Shown: positions 34,201 to 42,232 of the stretch, in pieces | Layout of the letters: the number at the start of each line of letters is the position of its first letter | Position numbering within the stretch: the stretch's first letter is position 1 | Origin: Tagaea sp. | GTDB lineage: Bacteria; Pseudomonadota; Alphaproteobacteria; CACIAM-22H2 | Length of the DNA stretch: 64,000 nt | Assembly: GCA_965279525.1 (NCBI GenBank) | Contig: CBDIIB010000005.1 | Coordinates: forward strand, 1,344,001-1,408,000 | Direction: 5' to 3' | Notes under the pieces: model-generated | What the model saw: only the letters and a program-made list of their open reading frames with translations | What the model was told of the DNA's origin: nothing | The model's database searches: none | Translations under genes and position numbers: made by a program

Positions 34201-37200
34201 CGGGCCTTACGGGCTCCATCACGGCCAACCAGACCGTCACCGGCGCGGGTAAGTATTTCGTCTTCGGCCCGACCACGTCGGCCTCGCTCGGCGCGAACAT
34301 CACGACGAACAACGGCCAGATCGGCTTCCAGCCGGACACGACGCTGACCGCCAACGCCACGCTGAATGCCGGTTCCGGCGACATCTATTTCAGCAACACA
34401 CTCGACGGCGCATATGCGCTGACGGCAACGACGACCGGTTCGGTTGACTTCTTCGGCGCCGTCGGCGGCACCACGGCGCTTACCAACCTGACGGTAAGTG
34501 CGGGTACCGGTGTCTCGCTCCAGGGCGACGTCACCACGACCGGCGCCCAGAGCTATGCCGGGGCTGGCACCGCTGGCTTCGCCGGCGGCGCGGTCGTACT
34601 GACCGGCAACAGCATCAGCTTCGCCAACGCGCTTTCCGATGGCGCCGCTTCGGTGACGCTGGATGCCGGTGCGGGCGTGCTTGCCTTCGGTGGTGCGGTC
34701 ACGCTCGCCAGCGTCAATGCACTTGCGACCGGCGGCATCACGCTCGCGGGCAACGTCACCGCAACCACCGGCCCGATCAGTTTCGGTTCGGCGTTCTCGA
34801 CCACCGGCAGCTCGACAATCTCTTCGCCGAGCGGCGGGATGACGCTCGCCGGCGGTTCGTGGACGTCGGGCACGGTGTCGCTCGCGGCGCCGTTCATCGA
34901 CCTGACCGGGAGCTACACGAGCACCGGCGGCGCGTTCAGCGCGGTTGCCGATGTCGGCGTGAGCCTCGCCACGGCCACGATCACCACGAACGGCGGCAAC
35001 ATCACGCTCTCGGGCAATGCGGGCGGAGCTGCGGGCGGCGATTTCTCCGGTGTCGAACTCGTCAGTTCCACCATCGGTGCCGGCGGCGGCAACATCTCGA
35101 TGATCGGCATCGGCGGCGACGGCAACGGCAGTGCCGGATACCAGCACGGCATCGTGATCCAGAACACGGCCGTGACGACGACGGGTACCGGCACCATCAG
35201 CCTCGCCGGTACGAGCGGTGACACGAACGGCAACATCAATGTCGGCGTCTATGTCTATGGCGCCAGCAGCAACGTGCAGACCGTCAACGGGGCCATCACG
35301 GTGAACGGCACCGGCGGCACCGGGCCCGGCACCAACAATCCGGGCGTTTCGGTCGAACTGGGTGCCATCCATTCGACCGGAACCGGCAGTGTCACGGTGA
35401 TCGGCGTCGGCGGCCTCGACGGCCACGGCGTCATCGTCAGCGGCTCGACGGGAGCGATCCTCACGGCGAACGGCGCCCTCTCGATCACGGGTACGGGCGG
35501 CGGCGGGACCGCGGCCGGCATCAACGGCATCGTCGTCACGGATGTCGGTTCCGGCAGCGGCTCGATCGGATCGACGGGCAGCGGCACCGTGAATCTGGCA
35601 GGAACGGGCGGCAGCTCGAGCGGCCTGAACAATGCCGGCATCCGGATTGCGGAATCCGGCGCGATGGTCTTCTCCTCCAGCGGCAGTCTCACGCTCACGG
35701 GTACGGGCGGATCCGGGGGGAACGACTTCAACAACGGTATCGAGATCATCAACGCCGGTGCGGTATCGACCGCGGGCGGTGCCATGTCGCTCGACGGCAA
35801 TGCGGGCGGCGGCACGAACGCGTCGGGCATCGTGCTGCAGTCCGCCGCCACGATCACGACGACGGGCGGGGGCAACGTCGCGCTCGACGGCAACGGCACC
35901 ACCAACATGGGCCTCGTCGGCAATGCCGCGAACACGATCACCTCCAGCGGCACCGTGACGCTGGTCTCGAACAACGGCATCGCGTTTAACACTGTCGACA
36001 TCATCACGCCCGGCGCCTTCTCCGCCACGTCCGGTGCGGCCAACGTGCAGCTCGGCGGGCCGGCGAACGCGGTCGGCGGCACCGTCACGATCACGGCATC
36101 GGGCGGTGGCGACGCCGATTTCAGCAATACGATCGCCACGCAGCTTGGCGCCACGAACATCAGCGGATCCCTGTTCATCGTTTCGGGCGGCGCAATCACG
36201 CAGACAGCCGCCACGCTCAATGTCGGCGGCGATGCCGATTTCGAGGCTGCGTCGGGTGCCATCACGCTCAACAACGCGACCAACAACGTCGTCGGTTCCG
36301 TGGCACTCCTGACGGGTGCTGGCAATGCCAGCTTTGCCGCCTCGGGCGGCGTTGTGCTCGGCATATCGAACGTGACGGGCAACCTTGCGGTGACGGCGGC
36401 CGGCGACGTGACGCAGATCGACACCCTTACGGTCTCCGGCACGACCAGCGTCACGGCCGGCGCAAATCAGGTCCTGCTCAACGATCCCGCCAATGCCCTG
36501 ACCGGTGCCGTGACCGTATCCAACAGCGGTGCCAACGACGTCACCGTGACGACGGTCGGCGACCTTGTTCTCGGGAATCTCGCCGTGGGTTCGGGCAACC
36601 TGACCGTGATCGCCGGCGCCGGCGCGCCGGGCGGGATCACGCAGACGGGGACCATCGTCCAGGAGGCCGGTGCAGCCAGCGCCGCCTTCACGTCCGACGG
36701 GGGCATCACGCTCACCGGAAGCAACACGCTCACCGGGCCGCTCAGCGTCCTAGTCGGTGCCACCGGCGGCCTGGTGACGCTCAACAACACCGTGGCGACG
36801 GACATCGGCGGTGTGGGCGGCCCCGGTCTCAACAGCTTCTCGCTCACGTCGGGCGGAGCGGTCAGCCAAAGCGGCCCCATCAACACCCTCGCCGGCGACC
36901 TGTACGTCATGGCCACCGGGAACATCAATCTGAACAGCCCGGGCAATTCGGTGACGGGCGGCAACCTGGTGCTGACCGCGAATGGCGGCGGCAACGCAAT
37001 TTACTCCGGTACGGGCAACCTGACGCTCGGCGCGACCACCGTCGGCGGCAATCTGAATGTGTCGACGACCGGCGGGAACATCGGGCAGTCGACCGGCGTG
37101 ACCGTCGCCGGCACGACGGATCTGACGACGATCACGTCGGGTGCCATCACGCTCAACCAGGCCAACAGTTTCGGCGGCGCCGTCACGTTGACGTCGGCCG

Positions 37201-40061
37201 GGGCGCTGAACGTCTCGGCGATACAGACCGTTTCCACAAACTGGTTCACGGCGACCGCCGCCGGCGCGATCACGTTCGGCAGCGGCGGCGGCATCACCAC
37301 GACGGGCGGTGCCATCGATCTGACCGCGACCGCCAACGTCGCGATGAACACCTCGTCGCTTTCCTCGAACGGCGGCAACATCACCATCGTCGCCGGGCCC
37401 GGCGGCTTCACCGGTGCCGAACTCCTGGCCACCAGCATCAATGCCGGCGGCGGCGACATCTCGATCACCGGCCAGGGCCAGGCTTCGGGCAACAGCCAGC
37501 ACGGCATCTGGATCGGCGGGGGCACGAACATCACCACCACCGGTGCCGGCGACATCACGCTGACGGGGACCGGCGGTGCGGCCGGCGGCGGCGGCAATAT
37601 CGGCGTGTTCCTCTACAACGGCGGCGCGGTGCAGGCCCAGAACGGCACCGTGACCGTGATCGGCCAGGGTGCGGGCGGGGGCGGTTCGAATCACGGCGTG
37701 GCGTTCAACCTGGGCGGCCAGATCACCTCGACGGGCGGCGCCATCTTCGTGACGGGCACGGGCTCGACGGGTGCCGGTGGCGGCGACGGTGTGTGGATCG
37801 ACGGTACCGGCTCGAAGATCGAGAGCGTCTCGGGCAACATCACGGTCACGGGCACGGGCGCCACATCCGGCGCCGGCAACGACGGCGTGCGGATCGCCAA
37901 TGCCGGCTACATCGGCACGACTTCGGGGACGATCGGCGTCACGGGCGACGCCGGCGGCAGCGCGGGCATCGGCATCGCACTGGCGGACGGTGTCGCCACC
38001 GGCGGCGTCGTCTCGCAGGGAGCCGGCACGATCGGGCTCGTGGGCACGGGCACGGGCGGGCTTGCCGGCATCGGATCGTCCGGGACGATCTCGATCATCG
38101 GCGGCGGTTCGGCGACCGGCGGCATCACCCTGCAGACCGACGAGATCGACCTTGCCTCGGGTGCGGCGATCCAGACGGCCGGCATGCTGACGATCGACAC
38201 GATCACGCCGGGTCTGTCGATCGGCATCAACAATGCGGGAAGTGCCCTGAACATCGACGGCGCCACCTTCGCGAACGTTTCCGCCGGCATGGTGCGCATC
38301 GGCGGCGCTTCGGCCACCGGCCAGATCACGATCGGCGCCGATGCGACGAACAGCTACGGCGAGAACTTCATCTTCGAGAACGGCGCCGGCGCGCCCGGCG
38401 TGGCGTTCAACGGCGCGTTCTACACGTCGGGCGATCTCACGGTCATGACCGCCGGCACGATCACGCAGACGGCCGCGATCGCAGTCGACGGCATGGCGGG
38501 CTTCGTGGCGGACGGCAACATCGTGCTCGGCAACGCGGCCAACGCGATGGCCGGCGGAATCGGGTTCTCGAGCACCGGCGGCAACGTGACGATCGCGAAT
38601 ACCGGGCCGACGGATTTCCACATGTCCGACGCATCGGGCACGCTCGACGTATCGGTCACGACGGGCACGGTCAGCCAGCTCGGCGCGATCACCACGGGCG
38701 GTGCGGTCACCGTCGCGTCGCAGGGTGCCATCCTGTGGAACAACGCCAGCAACGCCTTCGGCGGCCCGCTCAACGTCACGACGACGGCGGGTGCCGACGC
38801 GACCTTCTTCAACACGTCCGCGACGACGTTCGGGACCGTCTCGGTCGACGGCGACCTGTCCGTCACGTCGGGCGGCACGATCGCGCAGGGCGGCACGCCG
38901 CTCGCGGTCGTCGGCACGTCGAGCTTCCAGTCGGTCGGCAACACGACGCTGGCCAACGCGACCAACAGCTTCGGCGGTGCCGTGAGCCTGACGACGACGG
39001 CCGGCGGCCACGCGGGCATCGCGGCGACGGGCCAGCTGATCCTCGGCACGTCCACCATCGCGGGCAACTTCGCGGCCTCGGTCGGCAGCCCGATGACGCA
39101 GACCGGCGCCCTCGCGGTCGCCGGCACCGCGGACTTCGCGGCCACGAACGGGCCGCTGACGCTGACGAATTCGTCGAACACGTTCGGCGGCATGGTCTCG
39201 CTGACCAATTCCGGCAACTTCGCCGTCGGCATCGCGGCGTCCGGCCTGCTGACGCTTGGCGACGTGTCGATGACCGGCGGTTCGACGGGCGGCTTCACCG
39301 CAACGGCCAGCAACGGCATCGCGCAGTCGGGCGGCACGACGATCCAGGCCGGTGCCGGCCCGACCGTGCTTGCCGGCGGCGGCGGGACGGTCGTGCTCGG
39401 CGAGGCGGGCAACGCCTTCGGCAATACGGTTTCGCTGTCCGGCACCGGCGGCACGCTCGCCGGGACGGTCAACAGCCAGAGCGGGGCGGCGGCCGCCCCG
39501 TTCGTCACCGCGACGGGCGGCATCTTCGACATCAACGGCACGACGGTCGGTTCGGCACCGGTCACGCCGCCATCGACCGGGACGCAAGCCGTCCTCAACG
39601 AGATCGCGGCGGTGGCACCCATCGACAGCGCCACGCGCGTCGTCGATACGGCGTCGACGGACAGCTCGGGCCTCGATTCGCCGGCGATCGATTCGACGCT
39701 GGGCGCTTCGACCGGCGACCTGGCGGGCGATACCGGCGGTTCCGGCACCGAAGAGTCGCAGCCGTCGACCGTCGCCGGGAGCGCGCCGCCGTCCGGCCAG
39801 TCCGCCGGCAGCCCGCCGCCGACCGGCCCCACCGGCGATGCCGGTGGCCCGCCACCGCCGTCGATCGTCGTGAGCGGCGATGCCGGGACCGGCGGCTCCA
39901 CGGCAAACGACGTGAACGCCAATCCCGCACCGCAGCCCGGTCCCGTCACGCTCGTGCCGGGCGTGCTGACCTCGATGCCGGGCACGCCCACCGTTTCGGG
40001 CGGCGGCGTGCCGGGCATCTCCGATCCGATGCCCCAGCAGGGCAACCCGTCGAACTGGTAA
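28290..40061 (+). CDS. Giant filamentous-haemagglutinin-family (TpsA) exoprotein, 3923 aa
   Basis: Long Arg-rich signal ending AFA-Q; TPS domain (IDWQSFNV, ALNRV, LLNPKGIYFG), GGFVETSG, WLIDP; G/T/N/A-rich beta-helix repeats; P/S/T/G-rich tail. Confidence 0.93.
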   Translation: MPEATTPPDRHTTRRAASRRSARWGRRRLQRAHLGWPLALALGSSLAGPAFAQNLPQGGTVTGGSGTIQQIDANLLQIQQNTQNMSIDWQSFNVGPSGIVRFLQPSSSSIALNRVIGNDPSAIYGQIQANGQVILLNPKGIYFGPNSSVDVNALVATTANIRNDDFMAGRLHFEQGSGDPDARVVNAGLVSVAQGGFAILAAAGVQNTGRIVANGGTVVLAGTKTFTVDFHGDGLLSFAATGTVEQAPSGASALVDNSGIVEAAGGRVLMTARAARDVLANVINTTGIVVAHTAQMVNGEIVIDGGDNGIVNVGGTLDASGRGAGETGGTVKVLGESVRLAAGAAIDAAGDAGGGTVLVGGNYQGQGPERTARIAYMDAAAVIDASALTSGNGGKVILWADDTASMAGTISARGGALSGNGGFVETSGKNRISIADTTRVYTTGATGNAGNWLIDPTDFTIAFSGGDMTGAALIINLGLGNVTIQSNSGGSGTSGTIFVNDAIINTALGARTLTLDAVGGIEINSAISSTLNPLNLNLWAGSDIVIAANISTNGGNVTTNGTGGAGQAGGVFSNSYALDVGSGNITLNQAFGISMPGSILTSTGTVTFNSDGNVTNAAGGYITGPANLVVAGTGNVTLNSASNAISNITLNRTGTAGNISIVSSISPNIQTSTLGTGTFSITGVGFVQSGTITQDGGGGAVTINGGTGSVTLGQANTFTGALTVTSDLISATAAQTLSSALTLQPYTASTNVIFNGSGGGLQLTAATLGNFSGYTSLTAGSSTAGTLTVSSAFAAPANVDVNLLSGGAMSVSGNLTTSGTGSIDLRSAANVVVSGDLTTGGGDIYVTGNVASWAGPFDSNTPVYGSTAGAFNGVSITGGVTLDAGGGDISIAGKGGDSGANLHGVLQAASSVIGTSGAGKITIAGLGGSPAGGNNHIGIEIGGSITAAGTGGIKLTGTGGAATGASNQSHGIYVLATGFVSGGAADVTMTGVGGSMAGSGNTNYGIQMLGQVQTTTGNITMTGTGSGSSGGTNFGVAISGGADVQTTGTGSITLTGYGGSAAGGLDHGVAISGTGTNVGKTGTGAGTVSITGVGGMAGGTNAGIYLDNNASIASYDGALTLDGSGGGDGTSTTNHGTIIDTGATLLSTSGAITVVGIGGGSSGNGNHGIILSAGGDIVSANGNISLAANASGTGNNDAIHIDNSSIRSTAAANITLRAATYGTAGTGIRFAGALAQLGETTMTGDLTLRADAMATSATSLVFAHTAASGTVTFRTESDATTIGVNGGSGTLAIAGGLLTAADGSNFNTLKFGSATQNSAIQIDTTAFSQNVVFQTLDAVYSNGMSFGTKNLTIDAGGTYTQGGGISTSGLVTFQGTGGVTATDPGNSFTNVLINKTGAAAVSITTTGVLDLSTSTLATGALSLTAAGVTQSGALTTAGSIFVNAGANAIALGNASNAISGNVRFFNSGANDVTFANGVATSFGGGTTTVGGNLSVTTTGAMTQASALSVAGNATFNAGGNAITLNNAANAVTGNAAFTNAADTVTWREAAAVSLAASSSAALSVQAGGAITQAGALTVAGAASFNAGANAITLTDASNALSGSVTLINTGANNVQLTNAGAIGLNGSSVGGNLTLIKTGAGDITQSTPLTVGGTLSADAGSGLVTLNQGANSITGAVSLSSTNVGTSTIQNGGPLVLGTVNLTGNLDAIGNSGAITQSGVITTGGDATFTTGGYAITLANASNAVGGSVSLNNTGANAVSWQEAGAVSLAASGVGGDLTVTAGGALTQAGALTVGGNAVFAAGANSITLTHASNAVAGAVGFSNTGANAVSWNEAAAVALGVSTIGGTYTVTAGGAITQTGDQTVAGASSFTTGANNITLDSFGNNFTGAVDLSNTGATATTDLWAGSSLVLGTINVAGGALTLKNSGAPNITQTGSITQAAGGGAVMIQAITGDTALSQANSFSGDVTVAGLTGSITANQTVTGAGKYFVFGPTTSASLGANITTNNGQIGFQPDTTLTANATLNAGSGDIYFSNTLDGAYALTATTTGSVDFFGAVGGTTALTNLTVSAGTGVSLQGDVTTTGAQSYAGAGTAGFAGGAVVLTGNSISFANALSDGAASVTLDAGAGVLAFGGAVTLASVNALATGGITLAGNVTATTGPISFGSAFSTTGSSTISSPSGGMTLAGGSWTSGTVSLAAPFIDLTGSYTSTGGAFSAVADVGVSLATATITTNGGNITLSGNAGGAAGGDFSGVELVSSTIGAGGGNISMIGIGGDGNGSAGYQHGIVIQNTAVTTTGTGTISLAGTSGDTNGNINVGVYVYGASSNVQTVNGAITVNGTGGTGPGTNNPGVSVELGAIHSTGTGSVTVIGVGGLDGHGVIVSGSTGAILTANGALSITGTGGGGTAAGINGIVVTDVGSGSGSIGSTGSGTVNLAGTGGSSSGLNNAGIRIAESGAMVFSSSGSLTLTGTGGSGGNDFNNGIEIINAGAVSTAGGAMSLDGNAGGGTNASGIVLQSAATITTTGGGNVALDGNGTTNMGLVGNAANTITSSGTVTLVSNNGIAFNTVDIITPGAFSATSGAANVQLGGPANAVGGTVTITASGGGDADFSNTIATQLGATNISGSLFIVSGGAITQTAATLNVGGDADFEAASGAITLNNATNNVVGSVALLTGAGNASFAASGGVVLGISNVTGNLAVTAAGDVTQIDTLTVSGTTSVTAGANQVLLNDPANALTGAVTVSNSGANDVTVTTVGDLVLGNLAVGSGNLTVIAGAGAPGGITQTGTIVQEAGAASAAFTSDGGITLTGSNTLTGPLSVLVGATGGLVTLNNTVATDIGGVGGPGLNSFSLTSGGAVSQSGPINTLAGDLYVMATGNINLNSPGNSVTGGNLVLTANGGGNAIYSGTGNLTLGATTVGGNLNVSTTGGNIGQSTGVTVAGTTDLTTITSGAITLNQANSFGGAVTLTSAGALNVSAIQTVSTNWFTATAAGAITFGSGGGITTTGGAIDLTATANVAMNTSSLSSNGGNITIVAGPGGFTGAELLATSINAGGGDISITGQGQASGNSQHGIWIGGGTNITTTGAGDITLTGTGGAAGGGGNIGVFLYNGGAVQAQNGTVTVIGQGAGGGGSNHGVAFNLGGQITSTGGAIFVTGTGSTGAGGGDGVWIDGTGSKIESVSGNITVTGTGATSGAGNDGVRIANAGYIGTTSGTIGVTGDAGGSAGIGIALADGVATGGVVSQGAGTIGLVGTGTGGLAGIGSSGTISIIGGGSATGGITLQTDEIDLASGAAIQTAGMLTIDTITPGLSIGINNAGSALNIDGATFANVSAGMVRIGGASATGQITIGADATNSYGENFIFENGAGAPGVAFNGAFYTSGDLTVMTAGTITQTAAIAVDGMAGFVADGNIVLGNAANAMAGGIGFSSTGGNVTIANTGPTDFHMSDASGTLDVSVTTGTVSQLGAITTGGAVTVASQGAILWNNASNAFGGPLNVTTTAGADATFFNTSATTFGTVSVDGDLSVTSGGTIAQGGTPLAVVGTSSFQSVGNTTLANATNSFGGAVSLTTTAGGHAGIAATGQLILGTSTIAGNFAASVGSPMTQTGALAVAGTADFAATNGPLTLTNSSNTFGGMVSLTNSGNFAVGIAASGLLTLGDVSMTGGSTGGFTATASNGIAQSGGTTIQAGAGPTVLAGGGGTVVLGEAGNAFGNTVSLSGTGGTLAGTVNSQSGAAAAPFVTATGGIFDINGTTVGSAPVTPPSTGTQAVLNEIAAVAPIDSATRVVDTASTDSSGLDSPAIDSTLGASTGDLAGDTGGSGTEESQPSTVAGSAPPSGQSAGSPPPTGPTGDAGGPPPPSIVVSGDAGTGGSTANDVNANPAPQPGPVTLVPGVLTSMPGTPTVSGGGVPGISDPMPQQGNPSNW
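30750..39450 (+). repeat. Degenerate internal repeat blocks within the TpsA gene
   Basis: Recurring 'ITLTGTGG...N/HGI' units and 'GAITQ.GAL.V.G..F.AGAN.ITL.NASN' units; DNA GCCGGCGGCGGC(G/A)ACATCTC recurs near 30940, 35080 and 37443. Boundaries approximate. Confidence 0.75.
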
Positions 40062-40072
40062 TCCTGCCGCGT

Positions 40073-40582
40073 CTAGCGGATGAACTGGTCGATATAGCCT
40101 TCGCCGAGGCCGTTGGCCGCGTAGTGCGCGCGGCATTTGGAAATGCGCGTGAACGCGTCGTCGTAGCCGGTCGTCCTGCCGTCCGGATCGACATAGATCA
40201 TCGCGCCGTTGACCTGGAAGAACGTGATCATCTCCTCCACATGCGGATCGACGACCAGCGTGTGCGTCTCGCCCGGTGCCTCGTAGACGTAACCGCCTTC
40301 GCGCGCGACCCAGTCATGCTCGAGATAGCGCCACTCGCCCTTCAGCACGAAACCGTGGACCGGCTGCGGGTGGCGGTGGCGCGACAGCACGCCGGACTTG
40401 CGCACGCGCAGGAGGTTCGTCCAGTACCCGTTCGCCGCCGACAGCACCAGCGGGCGGAACCACACGTTGGGCTCGAGCGGCACCCAGACGCGCTCGTCGG
40501 CCGGGATCGCCGGATGCACGACAAGCTCGGGCGGCGACTCCTTGGGCTGCGGATGGCGGTAGGGAACCCACTTGTCGTCCAT
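40073..40582 (-). CDS. 2,4'-dihydroxyacetophenone dioxygenase-family cupin
   Basis: DERVWVP, VWFRPL, LSRHRHP, VLKGEWRYLEHDW, YEAPGETHTL His-triad cupin motifs. Confidence 0.85.
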   Translation of the reverse strand: MDDKWVPYRHPQPKESPPELVVHPAIPADERVWVPLEPNVWFRPLVLSAANGYWTNLLRVRKSGVLSRHRHPQPVHGFVLKGEWRYLEHDWVAREGGYVYEAPGETHTLVVDPHVEEMITFFQVNGAMIYVDPDGRTTGYDDAFTRISKCRAHYAANGLGEGYIDQFIR

Positions 40583-40596
40583 GACCGGAAATCCTT

Positions 40597-41304
40597 TCAG
40601 ACGCTGGCGTAGCCGCCATCGACCGGCAGCGTTGCGCCGGTCACGAACGCGGCTTCCGCCGAAAGCAGGAACGCGACGGCACCGCCAAGATCGCCGGGCT
40701 GTCCCCAGCGCCCCGCCGGCGTGCGCGCGAGAATGCCGGCCGAGCGCGCGGGATCCTCGACAAGCGCTTTCGTCAGCGCCGTGTCGATCCAGCCGGGAGC
40801 GACCGCGTTGACGCGGATGCCGTCGGCCGCCCATGCGGCGGCAAGGCTCTTGGTGAGCTGCACGACCCCGCCTTTCGAGGCCGAATAGCCGGGAACGAAC
40901 GGCGAGCCGAAGATCGACAGCATCGACGCCGTGTTGACGATGGCGCCCTTCGACGCGGCGAGCAGCGGTCGCGCGGCAAGGCACATGCGCATCGTGCCGA
41001 CGAGATTGACGTCGATCGTGCGCCGGAAGCCCTCGACCGTGAACTCCTTGCCCTCGCGCTGGATGGTGCCGGCACAGTTGACCAGCCCGTCGAGCGTGTC
41101 GATTCCTGCGAACAGTCCGGCGACCGCCGCATCGTCGGTGACATCGAGTGCCCGGGCCAGGATCGCCGGGTCGGGCGCGAACGCCTCGGCTTCGCGCGGG
41201 GTGAGACCGGTGACCGTCACGCGCCAGCCGGCCGCGGCGAGATGTCGCGCGATCCCTTCGCCGATCCCGCTTGTCCCGCCGGTGACAAGGGCGTGGCGCG
41301 TCAT
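40597..41304 (-). CDS. Short-chain dehydrogenase/reductase
   Basis: TGGTSGIG, LVNCAG, NTAS, YSASK, VNAVAPG, VDGG. Confidence 0.95.
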   Translation of the reverse strand: MTRHALVTGGTSGIGEGIARHLAAAGWRVTVTGLTPREAEAFAPDPAILARALDVTDDAAVAGLFAGIDTLDGLVNCAGTIQREGKEFTVEGFRRTIDVNLVGTMRMCLAARPLLAASKGAIVNTASMLSIFGSPFVPGYSASKGGVVQLTKSLAAAWAADGIRVNAVAPGWIDTALTKALVEDPARSAGILARTPAGRWGQPGDLGGAVAFLLSAEAAFVTGATLPVDGGYASV

Positions 41305-42230
41305 GCCGGGAGTGCTGCGAGGGCCGCGCGCACGTCGGCCGCGCGCGGGATCGGGGCGACGGCACCATAGCCTTGCGTGGAAAGGGCCGCAGCGGCGTTG
41401 GCATAGCCTGCGGCGGCGACCGGTGTGTCGCCCGCGGCAAGGCGTGCGACGAACGCGCCGCCGAACGTGTCGCCGGCCCCGGTCGCGTCGACCGGCTTGC
41501 ACGGATGGGGCTTCACGTGCGTGCGCGTGATCCTGTCGGCGACGATGCAGCCCTTGTCGCCCATCTTCAGCACCACGATTTTCGGCCCCATTGCGAGGAT
41601 GCGGTCGATCAGCGCGTTCGGCTCGACGATGTCGTAGAGCGCCGCGACGTCGTCGAGCGAAGGCAGGCACACGTCGCATTGCGCGATGGCTTCGCCCGTC
41701 ACGGCGCGTGCACGGTCCTTGGGCCACAGCTTGAGGCGCAGGTTGGTGTCGAACGTTATCTTCGCCCCGCCCCTGCGGGCCACGGCGATCGCGGCGAAGC
41801 AGGCATCGCAGGCGGACTGCGAGATCGCCAGCGAGATGCCCGACAGGTGCACGTAGCGCGCCGTGGCGAGATAGGTTTCCGGCACGTGCCGGGGGGCGAA
41901 CCGGCTGGCGGCCGAACCCTGGCGGAAGAACGAGAAATTGTGGCCGGCCGCGTCGTGCGTGACGAAATAGACGGCCGTGAACGCGTCGGCATCCTCGCGC
42001 ACGTGGCTGGCGTCCACGCCCTCCGCGCGCCACAGCTCGCGGAACATGTGCCCGTAGACATCGGCGCCGAGGGACGTCACGTAGCCGGTCTTCGCCCCCT
42101 GGCGTGCTGCCGCGATGGCGAAGTTGGACGAATCGCCGCCGAAGCCCTGCAGATAGGTGCGCCCGCCGTCGGCGCCGGTCTGGTTGAACTCCACCATCGG
42201 CTCGCCGATGGAAACGATGTCGAGACTCAT
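41301..42230 (-). CDS. PfkB-family sugar kinase, 2-keto-3-deoxygluconate kinase-like
   Basis: IGEPMVEF, FGGDSSN, SGISLA, FDTNLRLKLW, DATGAGDTF. Confidence 0.88.
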   Translation of the reverse strand: MSLDIVSIGEPMVEFNQTGADGGRTYLQGFGGDSSNFAIAAARQGAKTGYVTSLGADVYGHMFRELWRAEGVDASHVREDADAFTAVYFVTHDAAGHNFSFFRQGSAASRFAPRHVPETYLATARYVHLSGISLAISQSACDACFAAIAVARRGGAKITFDTNLRLKLWPKDRARAVTGEAIAQCDVCLPSLDDVAALYDIVEPNALIDRILAMGPKIVVLKMGDKGCIVADRITRTHVKPHPCKPVDATGAGDTFGGAFVARLAAGDTPVAAAGYANAAAALSTQGYGAVAPIPRAADVRAALAALPA

Positions 42231-42232
42231 GC

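Noticed and set aside
30657-35426. 1589-aa minus-strand ORF (also 36750-40136 and 37793-40612) overlapping the adhesin
   Set aside because: Arg/Gly/Ala-rich shadow frames of a GC-biased repetitive gene; no domain motifs.
28290-40582. Contact-dependent inhibition (CdiA/CdiI) interpretation
   Set aside because: No VENN-type pre-toxin motif or toxin domain; the tail is low-complexity, and the next gene is a convergent cupin rather than an immunity gene.
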